DNA of 64,000 nucleotides, taken from NCBI GenBank assembly GCA_963663235.2, contig CAXXNO010000004.1:64001-128000 (forward strand), in the 5' to 3' direction. The position numbers were made by a program, and so were the translations under genes. The first letter of the stretch is position 1. Each line of letters opens with the position of its first letter. Shown here in pieces: positions 18,065-26,884 of the stretch. The stretch comes from Dehalococcoidia bacterium. Lineage in GTDB: Bacteria > Chloroflexota > Dehalococcoidia > Bin125. The notes beneath the pieces were generated by a model. That model was given only the letters and a program-made list of their open reading frames with translations. It was not told the DNA's origin and searched no databases.

Positions 18065-19852
18065 TCAGTCGCGAGCGTGGGCCTCACGTAGTTCCGCGCG
18101 GAGCTTTTCCGTCGCCGGCAGGTCCAGCTGATACTCCAACGCGCGCTGGTCGATCTCGTTGACGACCACGCCGTACTGCGCGCGAGCGGCGGCGACGGTG
18201 ACGTACTCGTCCTTCACGTCCTCCAGGACTGATTCCACCGGCCGCTTTAGCGCATCGCCGTAGCCGCCCCCTCCAGCCGACCAGAAGGTGATCGACTCAC
18301 CAACTGCCGCTGGCTCGTTCACGGAAAAGATGCCGATGTTGCGCTCGTTCTCGCTGCCGCGGTTGAGCACCAACCCCGCCTTGGCGCCCTCTTCACCTCC
18401 GAAGATGCCGGGCGGGCCGAACCGCTCCCGATCCCCGATACAGGAGATCGTGCCAACGGCGTAGGGGAACTCCACCAGCTGGATCAGCCCCACGCCGCCC
18501 CGCGTGGTCCCGGGGCCGCCCGAATCTTGCACAAACCCGTAACTTCGCCACAAGACGGGATAGCGACGCTCCTGCAACTCCGCCGGGATGTTCTGCGTGC
18601 TCGCCGTATACGGCGAGCCCACGACGTTCGCACCGTCGTGCGAACGCACCGCGCCCAGGCCGCCGAAGCCCCAGACGTAGTTGATAAAGCTGGACTGGAA
18701 CTCCGGCCGCGTATCGAATCCTGCGAAGACAGTGTTGAGGATGCTGAACGGAGTCGCCGCTCCTCGCTCGGGCAACGCCGCGCTCAGCGCTTGCACCACG
18801 CAGCCAATCACGCATTCCATGCTGGTGGCGGCCAAGCCGGAAACGGCCGACGGGGGCTGCGCCCAGACAATCGAACCGCGCTTGGCCTTGATTTCCACGG
18901 TGCGCATGACGCCCGCGTTCATCGGCATGGGCGGAAGGATCGAAGCCAGGCCGAGGAACACAGCCGAGGTCGTCGCGGCAATGGTGCAGTTGATGCCGGA
19001 TTCGGCCGCGGTATCGGATTCCGTAAGGTCAAAGACGGCGTGATCGCCCGCAACGGTCAGCTTGAGTTTGATCAGCTTCGGTTCGCCGGTGTGCACGTCC
19101 TGATCGACGCGGTCTTCACCCTCGTAAACGCCGTCCGGCAGACTTACCCACGAGGCGCGCGCGAGGCGCTCGGAATGATTCTGCACCTCTTCCATCGCAG
19201 TGAGCACGGTCTCCAGCCCGTGCTTCGCGATCAGCGCCCGGATCCGTGCCTCTCCGGCCTTCACGGCCGCGATCTGCGCGTTCAGGTCACCGATCCGCTC
19301 CCATGACTCACGCATATTGGCGAGCAAGATCGTCAAGATGTCCTTGTTGAGGACGCCTTGGCGATAGATCTTGAGCGCCGGGATGCGCACGCCCTCCTCG
19401 AAATGGCTACGCGCTCGACAGTTCAGCGATCCGGGTGCCACTCCCCCGACGTCCGACCAGTGCGCCGTCGACGCGGTGAACGCAACGAGCTGTCCGTCGT
19501 GGAAGATCGGCCTGACCTGATGAATGTCGTTGCAGTGGGTACTGGCAACGTAGGGATCGTTGATCATGTAGATGTCGCCGGGCTCCATGTTCTCCAGCCC
19601 GATGGCCCGGATGACTTCCGGCACGGTCAGCATGGTCAGGCCCACGAAGGCCGGCAGATCGGTTTCGCCCTGGCTCACCAGCTTGCCGTGCCGGTCATAG
19701 ACCGTGCCCGCAAAGTCGCGCCCCTCGTTGATCGGCGTGGAGTACGCCGTCTTCGCCACGACCAGGGCCATCTCGTTGCAGACCGCCGCGAACGCGTTGC
19801 GCAGCACTTCGTACGTAATCGGATCAACCGACATCCCGCTGCTGGACGCCAT
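18065..19852 (-). CDS. Hydantoinase B/oxoprolinase family subunit (first copy)
   Basis: Start trimmed to MASSSGMSVDPITYEV; NDPY..THCND, AHWSDVGG, DSGGPG, GGGGYGD. Confidence 0.93.
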   Translation of the reverse strand: MASSSGMSVDPITYEVLRNAFAAVCNEMALVVAKTAYSTPINEGRDFAGTVYDRHGKLVSQGETDLPAFVGLTMLTVPEVIRAIGLENMEPGDIYMINDPYVASTHCNDIHQVRPIFHDGQLVAFTASTAHWSDVGGVAPGSLNCRARSHFEEGVRIPALKIYRQGVLNKDILTILLANMRESWERIGDLNAQIAAVKAGEARIRALIAKHGLETVLTAMEEVQNHSERLARASWVSLPDGVYEGEDRVDQDVHTGEPKLIKLKLTVAGDHAVFDLTESDTAAESGINCTIAATTSAVFLGLASILPPMPMNAGVMRTVEIKAKRGSIVWAQPPSAVSGLAATSMECVIGCVVQALSAALPERGAATPFSILNTVFAGFDTRPEFQSSFINYVWGFGGLGAVRSHDGANVVGSPYTASTQNIPAELQERRYPVLWRSYGFVQDSGGPGTTRGGVGLIQLVEFPYAVGTISCIGDRERFGPPGIFGGEEGAKAGLVLNRGSENERNIGIFSVNEPAAVGESITFWSAGGGGYGDALKRPVESVLEDVKDEYVTVAAARAQYGVVVNEIDQRALEYQLDLPATEKLRAELREAHARD

Positions 19853-19890
19853 AGACACTCCCCCCGACCGCACGGAAATCGAATGGGCGC

Positions 19891-19920
19891 AGTATAGGCG
19901 GCCTCCGTCTGGAGCGGCAA
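19891..19920 (-). promoter_or_regulatory. Sigma70-type promoter candidate for the hydantoinase B genes
   Basis: Minus strand TTGCCG-N18-TATACT, about 40 nt before ATG 19852. Confidence 0.5.
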
Positions 19921-19956
19921 CGGCCGCACCGCCTCGGCTTCGACGCCGGCTGGGGC

Positions 19957-20748
19957 TCAGCGACTGGAGGGGAAGCTCGGCTCCCGCTTTTCCTGAATGG
20001 CGGCCACGCCCTCTTGGATGTCCGGGCCCATGAACTGCATCATCTCCAAGGCCGCCGAGGTATCGAACGTCGGTCCAGCCATGCGCAACCAGTTGTTGAG
20101 CACGTACTTCGTCGACTGAATGGCGAGAGCGGACCCGCACGCCAGACGGTCGGCAACAGCAGTGGCGCGATCCATCAGTTCCTCGTGAGGGACGCACAGG
20201 CTTACGAGGCCGATCTGCTCCGCCAGGCGCCCGTCGATCTGTTCGGACGTCAAGAGGTAGTACTTCGCGCGGGCCATGCCGCAGAGGAGCGGCCAGATGA
20301 TGGCGGCGTGGTCGCCGGCGGTCACGCCGATTCGCGTATGCCCGTCCATGAGCTTGGCTTTGTCCGAGGCCACGCTCACATCGGCGAGCAGCGCCACGGC
20401 GATGCCCGCTCCAATTGCCCAGCCGTTGATCGCCGAGACGATCGGCTTGTCGAGATTGATCATGTTGTAGACGATATCGCGCGCTTCCTTCAGCAGCCGC
20501 GTCACGCGTTCGAAGTCGGCGAGGTCTTGGCCGACCAGGTCGCCTCCGGCGCAGAACGCGCGGCCCGCACCGGTGATCAACGCCACCCGAGTCTCGGGGT
20601 CATCGCCGATATCGCGCCAGATCCGCCCCAACTCCATGTGCAGCCGGTCGTTGACCCCATTCATCGCCTCGGGCCGGTTGATGGTGATCTTCAGGACACC
20701 GTTCGGGAGGCGTTCCGTGAGCAAGAACTGGTAGTTCGAGTAGTCCAT
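19957..20748 (-). CDS. Enoyl-CoA hydratase/isomerase (crotonase) family protein
   Basis: [40 protein letters not shown]. Confidence 0.92.
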   Translation of the reverse strand: MDYSNYQFLLTERLPNGVLKITINRPEAMNGVNDRLHMELGRIWRDIGDDPETRVALITGAGRAFCAGGDLVGQDLADFERVTRLLKEARDIVYNMINLDKPIVSAINGWAIGAGIAVALLADVSVASDKAKLMDGHTRIGVTAGDHAAIIWPLLCGMARAKYYLLTSEQIDGRLAEQIGLVSLCVPHEELMDRATAVADRLACGSALAIQSTKYVLNNWLRMAGPTFDTSAALEMMQFMGPDIQEGVAAIQEKREPSFPSSR

Positions 20749-20942
20749 TCCAACGCGTCCTCTCTGACTGCGATCAATACGAGGTGCCCGTTCCGCCGCC
20801 GCGAAGCCGCGGTTGGGGCAGACGCCGCGGGCAGGGTACTCCCGTTATGCCCTTCGGGGGCAGATCGGACTCCCGCCCGGCAGGCCAGCGCGTTTCAGCG
20901 GCTCCTCCCGAGATCGGCGGGGTGGCGCAGGGTGCTCGCTGG

Positions 20943-22040
20943 TTAGGAAGGGCCGGCCTCGGCGGGCACTCCGCCTTCCACGGCGGCTTCCGCCTTCGCG
21001 ATGAGAACATCCTCGCCGGACCGCTTTGCCTTCAGCCGCCCATACCAGGCATCCACGGAGGAATCGGCGAGCGGGAAGCATGTCGACCACCAGGTCGGCG
21101 TCGCGCCCTCTTCGCCGCTTCCTTGGATCGCCACCAGCGGAGGGGGTCCCGTCGAGCAGCGCTCCTCCACCAGCGGGCAGCGCGGCGCCAGCGGGCAGCC
21201 GGGCGGCAAGTCGATGGGGCTCGGGATCTCTCCCCTCAGACGCAGCCGCTCGCGGCTCCGGTGGGGATCCGGGAGCAGGACCGAGGACAGCAACGCCTCG
21301 CTGTAGGGATGCGTGGGCCGCGCGAAGACTTCCTCAATCGGCCCGGTCTCGACGATCTGGCCCAGATACATGATGGCTAGCCGGTGGCTGATGGCCCGCA
21401 CGGCGCTGAGGTCGTGCGAGATGAAGATGTAGGCAATGTTTTGCTCTTCCTGCAGGCGGCGCAGGATCCCGATGATGCGCACGCTGACCGACAGATCCAG
21501 CAAGCCGGTCGGCTCATCCAGCACGATGAACCGTGGCCGAGTGGCAATGGCCCGGGCGATCGCCACCTGCTGCTGCTCCGCCTTGCGCAGCGCGCCCGGT
21601 CGCTCCTTGAGCACCCGCTCTTCCAGGTCGGTGAGCTCGAGCACCTCCATGACACGCCGGTCCAGTTCCCGTCGGCCGAGGCTCTCGTGCAGTTGCAGAG
21701 GCTCGGCGATGATGTTCCGGACCCTGAACCGCGGGTTAAAGCCCAGCATGGGATCCTGATACACAATCTGCATCTGGGCCCGCTGCCGTCGCATCGGCTC
21801 CCCGTCCAGCCTGAGGAGGTTGATGCCGTCGAAGCGGATCTCACCGCTATCAGGCTCGGCCAGGCGCAGCACGACGCGACCGAGGGTCGTCTTGCCGGAA
21901 CCGCTTTCGCCCACCAGCCCCACGGTCTCGCCCGCGTGCACGTCCAGGTTCACGCTGCTCACCGCGACCAGCTTCTGCTTGTTCCCCACGATGAAAGTCT
22001 TGGTCAGATTGCGAATCTGCAGAAGCGGCTCGCCGGTCAT
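20943..22040 (-). CDS. Opp/Dpp-type ABC ATPase (OppF-like) with degenerate signature motif
   Basis: GESGSGKTT, IVYQDP, VLDEP, ISHD intact; signature reads LRKAE instead of LSGGQ; C-terminal GC...RC..C..C motif. Confidence 0.9.
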   Translation of the reverse strand: MTGEPLLQIRNLTKTFIVGNKQKLVAVSSVNLDVHAGETVGLVGESGSGKTTLGRVVLRLAEPDSGEIRFDGINLLRLDGEPMRRQRAQMQIVYQDPMLGFNPRFRVRNIIAEPLQLHESLGRRELDRRVMEVLELTDLEERVLKERPGALRKAEQQQVAIARAIATRPRFIVLDEPTGLLDLSVSVRIIGILRRLQEEQNIAYIFISHDLSAVRAISHRLAIMYLGQIVETGPIEEVFARPTHPYSEALLSSVLLPDPHRSRERLRLRGEIPSPIDLPPGCPLAPRCPLVEERCSTGPPPLVAIQGSGEEGATPTWWSTCFPLADSSVDAWYGRLKAKRSGEDVLIAKAEAAVEGGVPAEAGPS

Positions 22041-23011
22041 CACGTTTCCTCCCGGACCCAATGGCCGGGCCCAACCGGGCGGTACGGGGGCGACGGCGCC
22101 GGCAGGCTCTCATGCACGAACGGCGGGGCGGCCAGCTGCTCGCTTGGCGTCTCGATATGCGTGTCCACCACATGCTGCTGTGCGCGCGCCTCGCGCGCCG
22201 CGGAGAGGAGTAACCGGCTGTAGGAGTGCTGCGGGTCGGCGAAGAACGAGAGGACCGGCGCAAACTCCAGGATCGTTCCTCCCTTGATGATGGCCACGGT
22301 GTCGCAGTATGCCGCCACCAGGCCCAGGTCGCTGCTGGTGATGATCAGCGACGTGTTGCGCTCCCTTACCAGGGCATGGACATGGTCCATGATCTCGGCC
22401 TGAATCGTCACGTCCAACCCCACCGTGAACTCGTCGCCAAGCAGGAGCCGCGGAGAGCAAGCCATCGCCTTGGCGATGAGGATCCGCTGGGCCATGCCGC
22501 CGCTCATCTCGTGCGGATAGGCGTGAAAGCGAATCTCCGCGTCCGGAAGCCCCATGATCTTGAGAATGTCGATGGCTTGCGCGTGCAGTTCCCGCTTCTT
22601 CATGTCGGGGAAGTGCGAACGCAGCACATCGACGATCTGATGTCCAACGCTCTCCACGGGGTTCAGCGAGAACTTGCCCCCGGGAACGATCATGGCCATC
22701 TCAAGCCCGCGGATCTCCTCCATCTCGGAGCGCGACTTGCTCAGGACGTCCTCGCCCCGGTAGGTGATGCGCCCCGAGACCTGTTCCACCTCTCGGCTCA
22801 GCAGCCGGATAATGGCGAAGAGCAACGGGCTTTTCCCAGAGCCGCTCTCACCTACGATGCCCAGCACTTCGCCGCTGTCCAGCGTGAGGAAGGCGTCTTG
22901 AACCAGCAAACGGTCGTCGACGATGTGCCGCAACGTCAGGCCCGCCACCTCCAAGAGGGGGCCGGGCGCGCCCGCATGCGCGGCGGTCTCCAGTGCCGGC
23001 TCAGTAGCCAC
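22040..23011 (-). CDS. Opp/Dpp-type ABC ATPase (OppD-like) with degenerate Walker A end, Q-loop and H-loop
   Basis: GESGSGKSP, MIVPGG, YPHEMSGGMAQR, LGDEF, ITSSD. Confidence 0.88.
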   Translation of the reverse strand: MATEPALETAAHAGAPGPLLEVAGLTLRHIVDDRLLVQDAFLTLDSGEVLGIVGESGSGKSPLLFAIIRLLSREVEQVSGRITYRGEDVLSKSRSEMEEIRGLEMAMIVPGGKFSLNPVESVGHQIVDVLRSHFPDMKKRELHAQAIDILKIMGLPDAEIRFHAYPHEMSGGMAQRILIAKAMACSPRLLLGDEFTVGLDVTIQAEIMDHVHALVRERNTSLIITSSDLGLVAAYCDTVAIIKGGTILEFAPVLSFFADPQHSYSRLLLSAAREARAQQHVVDTHIETPSEQLAAPPFVHESLPAPSPPYRPVGPGHWVREET

Positions 23012-23927
23012 GGAGTCCCGATCCTCGCCAGTGGAGTCGGATCGCCTCCCCGATGACCGCCAGGCTGAAGACGGTGAGGCCTAGGAAGATCCCGGGGAAG
23101 ACGGACGGCCACCAGGTCCCGATTTGCATGAGCTCGGCACCGTTCTTGATCATCGCGCCCCACTCCGGCGTGGGCGGCGTCACACCCGCGCCCACGAAGG
23201 TCAAGCCGGACGTCAGCAAGATCGCGTAGCCCATCGTCGGTGAGGCCTGCACCGTCGCGGTCGTGAGCGAGTTGGGCAGGATGTGCGCGAACATGATGCG
23301 GCGGGTTGAGTTGCCCACCGCCCGCTCCGCCTCCACGAAAGTCAGCTCCCGCACCAGCAACGTCTCAGCCCGCACATACCGGAAGAAGATCGGGCTGAAG
23401 AGGAAGGAGAGGACGTAGATCACCTTATCGGTACCCGTGCCGATCACCGCGACCATCGCCAGCGCCACGATAAACACCGGGAACGCCTGCAGGATGTCCA
23501 TGAGCCGGGTCAGCAGTTCGGCCAACGTGCTGGCGACGCGGCCGCGGCCGGGTCCGTACCCCGCCAACAGGCCGAGAAACGCACCGATGAACAGGCCGAT
23601 TAGCGTGGCAGTCAAGCCAATCACCAGGTCGGTGCGCGGCGCCGAGATCGTCCGACTGAAGACATCGGACCCCTTCTCGTCGGTTCCAAAGAGGTGAGAC
23701 GTGCTGGGCGCTTCAAACTGCGCCCTGGCGTCCGGGGCCCTCGGGTCGTAGCCCACCAAGTGCTCGCCGATCCAGGGACCGCCGATGGCGAGAATCACCA
23801 TGATCGTGAAGATCACCAGAGCGGCAGCGAGCAGCGGATCTCGCCGGGCGCCCGCGAGCACGGCCTGCGGTGTCACGCCGGGGGGGCGTCGGAACGGAAT
23901 GCGCGCGGTTTCGGTGGCTCCGGTCAC
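23001..23927 (-). CDS. Opp/Dpp-type ABC permease (OppC-like)
   Basis: HLFGTDEKGSDVFSR, EAERAVG, HILPN, PEWG; GTG start overlaps the upstream stop. Confidence 0.9.
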   Translation of the reverse strand: MTGATETARIPFRRPPGVTPQAVLAGARRDPLLAAALVIFTIMVILAIGGPWIGEHLVGYDPRAPDARAQFEAPSTSHLFGTDEKGSDVFSRTISAPRTDLVIGLTATLIGLFIGAFLGLLAGYGPGRGRVASTLAELLTRLMDILQAFPVFIVALAMVAVIGTGTDKVIYVLSFLFSPIFFRYVRAETLLVRELTFVEAERAVGNSTRRIMFAHILPNSLTTATVQASPTMGYAILLTSGLTFVGAGVTPPTPEWGAMIKNGAELMQIGTWWPSVFPGIFLGLTVFSLAVIGEAIRLHWRGSGLRGY

Positions 23928-24949
23928 TTGCCCGACACTCCCGCCCGGATCCGCGGATCCACCGCGAAGTGCAACAGGTCCACGGCGAGATACACGAAGA
24001 TGGTGAACACGGCCGCCACGAGCAGGAAGGTCTGAATGACGTTGAAATCTTTGTTGGTCACGGCGTCCACGGCATATTGGCCGAATCCACCCCAAGAGAA
24101 CACCGTCTCCACCAGCACCGCCCCGCCAAGCAGGAACGCGTAGAGGACACCGCTGGTTGTGATGATCGGGAGCAGTGCGTTGCGCATGATGTAGCGAACG
24201 ATCGTGCGCTGCCGCACCCCCACGGCACGGGCTCCGATCACATATTGCGAATGGAAGACCTCGGCGGTCGTGACGGCCGTGATCTTCAGCACCACGGGAG
24301 CGTACACCAGCACCAGAGTCAAGAGGGGCATGATCGTCGACCGGAACGCGACGCCCGCCTTGTTAAAGTCTCCGTCGAGGAGGGAGTCGAGTATGACGAC
24401 GCTGGTCACTCGATCCGGCTGATCCACGCCCAAGGGCAACTGGCCGGACGGCACCGGTAAGATATCCAGCTTCGTGAACAAGAAGAAGATCAGGATCAGC
24501 CCAACCCAGAAATCCGGCAGCGCGCCGGCTAAGAAGCCGTACCCGATGATCCCTCTGTTCAGGAGCCCTCCGGGCGGCGCCAGCGCCGCTAAGTAGCCCA
24601 CCCCGATGCCCACCACGAGGCAAACCACCAGCGCAAGGCTGATGAGCCACAGCGTGGCCGGGACCTTCCTCCCCAGTTCGTCAACGACGTCTTGCTTCGT
24701 TCGGAAGGACCTTCCGAAGTCCAGCTGGACCGTCCGTTCCACGTACTTGGCGTACTGCGTGAACACGGACTTATCTAGACCCAGTTCCTCCCGCACCCTC
24801 CGTTCCGCCGAGACATCATGCAGCGGTCCCAGAACGAGGGTTGCAACGTCGCCGGGGCTGAGCTTGATCAGCGTGAAGGCAAGGATCGAAACGATGAACA
24901 ATTGCGGGATCAGGAAAGCGAGCCGCCGTAACACGAAGCGTTTGATCAT
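23924..24949 (-). CDS. Opp/Dpp-type ABC permease (OppB-like)
   Basis: PGD..LGLD, DFGRS, ARAVG, RNALLP, ETVFSWGGFG. Confidence 0.92.
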   Translation of the reverse strand: MIKRFVLRRLAFLIPQLFIVSILAFTLIKLSPGDVATLVLGPLHDVSAERRVREELGLDKSVFTQYAKYVERTVQLDFGRSFRTKQDVVDELGRKVPATLWLISLALVVCLVVGIGVGYLAALAPPGGLLNRGIIGYGFLAGALPDFWVGLILIFFLFTKLDILPVPSGQLPLGVDQPDRVTSVVILDSLLDGDFNKAGVAFRSTIMPLLTLVLVYAPVVLKITAVTTAEVFHSQYVIGARAVGVRQRTIVRYIMRNALLPIITTSGVLYAFLLGGAVLVETVFSWGGFGQYAVDAVTNKDFNVIQTFLLVAAVFTIFVYLAVDLLHFAVDPRIRAGVSGK

Positions 24950-25253
24950 CGGCTCTCGCTGCCTCCGGCGCGCCGGCCCGGCGCCTCGCCGTGCGTCAGG
25001 CTATCCTACGCGCCCGAACCTGTCACCGTCTCCGCTTGAGGCAATGGCCGCCTCATCTCACCCGCGGGACCCGTCCGGCATCCACCGCCGAGGCGGTTCC
25101 AGTTGCTGGTCCGCAATCGCCGAGATCAGCGGATCCGGCTAGCCTCTGATCTACGCCCTCTCCATCGAGAGCGCAAGGCCAACCGCCAGTCGACCGCGCC
25201 CACTCGGGCCTCGCCGCCGGGCCCAGAAAAGGCCCGCGCCGCGCCCGTCTCGC

Positions 25254-26468
25254 TCAATACGCCGTCTCCAGCAGTTGGTAAACGACCTCCTCCGAGACCG
25301 GACGCGGGTTCGTAGCGACCACAAGATCCTCCAGCGCGTCCTTGACGATGGCCGGGAAGTCCTCCTTCGTCACCCCCACCTCGGAGAGCCGCGTGGGCAC
25401 GTCGAGCGCCTTAATGAACGACCGCAGGGACGAAATGAACGCCTGCCCTGCCTCGTCCACGTCCATCGTCCGCGTCTCCACCCCAAACGCCTCGGCCAGC
25501 TTCGCCTGGCGGTCCTTGACCACCGGGAAGTTGTAGTCCATCACGTGCGGCAACATGATGCAGGAGGTCACGCCATGCGGGACGTCACGGCGTGCACCCA
25601 ACTGGTGGCCGATACCGTGGCTCAACCCGACTTGGACGTTCAAGAGCCCGAACAGGCTCATCCAACAGGCCATCTGACACCGCCCCCGCCCGACCATGTC
25701 CTCCGGGTCCTTGGAGGAGCCGGGCAGATCCTGCACCAGCATGGCCAGAGCGTCCTTCGACAGGGAATCCACGAAGGGCATGTGCGCCTGCGACACGTAC
25801 GCCTCCACACAATGGTCCACCGCGCGCATCCCGGTCGACGCCCAGAGCCAACTGGGCGTGTGCACCGCCAGCGCCGGGTCCAAGTACGCGACGATCGGCA
25901 TAAGCGGCGCGTGAAGATACAGCTCCTTGACCTGCCGCTTGCTATCCGTCATCCCGGCGATGTTGGTGAACTCGCCGGCCGAAAGCGTGGTCGAGATGGT
26001 GATGTGCTGCGGGACCCGCTCCGGATGCTTGAGCGGGGGAAACTCGACCTTGTCTGGGTATTCGAACTTGGTGCTGTAGTTATCCATCTCGTCGATGCTG
26101 GTCACACCTTCGGCCAGACACATCGCCACGGCCTTGGCGCAATCGATCGGACTCCCCCCGCCGACGCTGACCAGGAAGTTCGCTCCCGCCTTGCGCGCTT
26201 GCTCCGTCGCTTCCAGCACCGACTCGCGGTGCACATGCTGCGACACGTGGTGGAAGACGCCCACGCTCTTGCCCGCCAAGATGTGTTCGACCCGTTCCAC
26301 GACATCCGTCTTCGTGGCCAGCGTGTTGCTGGCCACGATAAAGACCTTCTCGCCCCCGTAGGCGTCAACGTCTTCGCCCAGCGAGTTGACGCAGTCCTGC
26401 CCGTACCGGACTCGCTCCATACTGGGGATGTTGAAGACGCCCCGGATTTCGCCCTCTCCGCCTGGCAT
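25254..26468 (-). CDS. Iron-containing alcohol dehydrogenase family (maleylacetate reductase-like)
   Basis: GGGSPIDCAK, TTLSAGE, DHCVE, GLSHGIGH..HG. Confidence 0.9.
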   Translation of the reverse strand: MPGGEGEIRGVFNIPSMERVRYGQDCVNSLGEDVDAYGGEKVFIVASNTLATKTDVVERVEHILAGKSVGVFHHVSQHVHRESVLEATEQARKAGANFLVSVGGGSPIDCAKAVAMCLAEGVTSIDEMDNYSTKFEYPDKVEFPPLKHPERVPQHITISTTLSAGEFTNIAGMTDSKRQVKELYLHAPLMPIVAYLDPALAVHTPSWLWASTGMRAVDHCVEAYVSQAHMPFVDSLSKDALAMLVQDLPGSSKDPEDMVGRGRCQMACWMSLFGLLNVQVGLSHGIGHQLGARRDVPHGVTSCIMLPHVMDYNFPVVKDRQAKLAEAFGVETRTMDVDEAGQAFISSLRSFIKALDVPTRLSEVGVTKEDFPAIVKDALEDLVVATNPRPVSEEVVYQLLETAY

Positions 26469-26550
26469 GGCACAGCCTCTCAGGTCGCAGGCGCAACGCG
26501 CCTCTGCTCAACTGGCTCGCCGAGCAGGTAGATACGAAATAGTAGGGCGG

Positions 26551-26580
26551 AATATAGGCAGTCGTCGCTGGGAGCGTCAA
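26551..26580 (-). promoter_or_regulatory. Sigma70-type promoter candidate for the Fe-ADH gene
   Basis: Minus strand TTGACG-N18-TATATT. Confidence 0.55.
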
Positions 26581-26687
26581 GGAGAGCCGCCCCGGCCCAC
26601 AGCTCGACGCTCAAGAGATCCGCACAGAGCGGATCGTCTAACCGGCGATCATCTCAAAGAAGGCCTCCCCTGAGCGTGCTGCGGCGC

Positions 26688-26882
26688 TCAGGGCCAATCG
26701 ACGCCGTACACCGTGGTTTGCGTGTAAAAGTCGCTCCAGCCGAAGCCGCGGGTGTGACCGAGTTGCAGGCCGGACCGTGCGAGCAGCGCACAGTACAGCC
26801 CCGAGAGGCCGAGAAAGAGGGCGACCCATTCCGCGCGCGCGAACTTCTCGCCGATCAGGTGGAGAACGTCGTCGACGCCCAT
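26688..26882 (-). CDS. Possible small membrane protein or gene remnant
   Basis: 64-aa ORF whose ATG lies 2 nt after the DUF3179 stop; one hydrophobic stretch. Confidence 0.3.
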   Translation of the reverse strand: MGVDDVLHLIGEKFARAEWVALFLGLSGLYCALLARSGLQLGHTRGFGWSDFYTQTTVYGVDWP

Positions 26883-26884
26883 CG

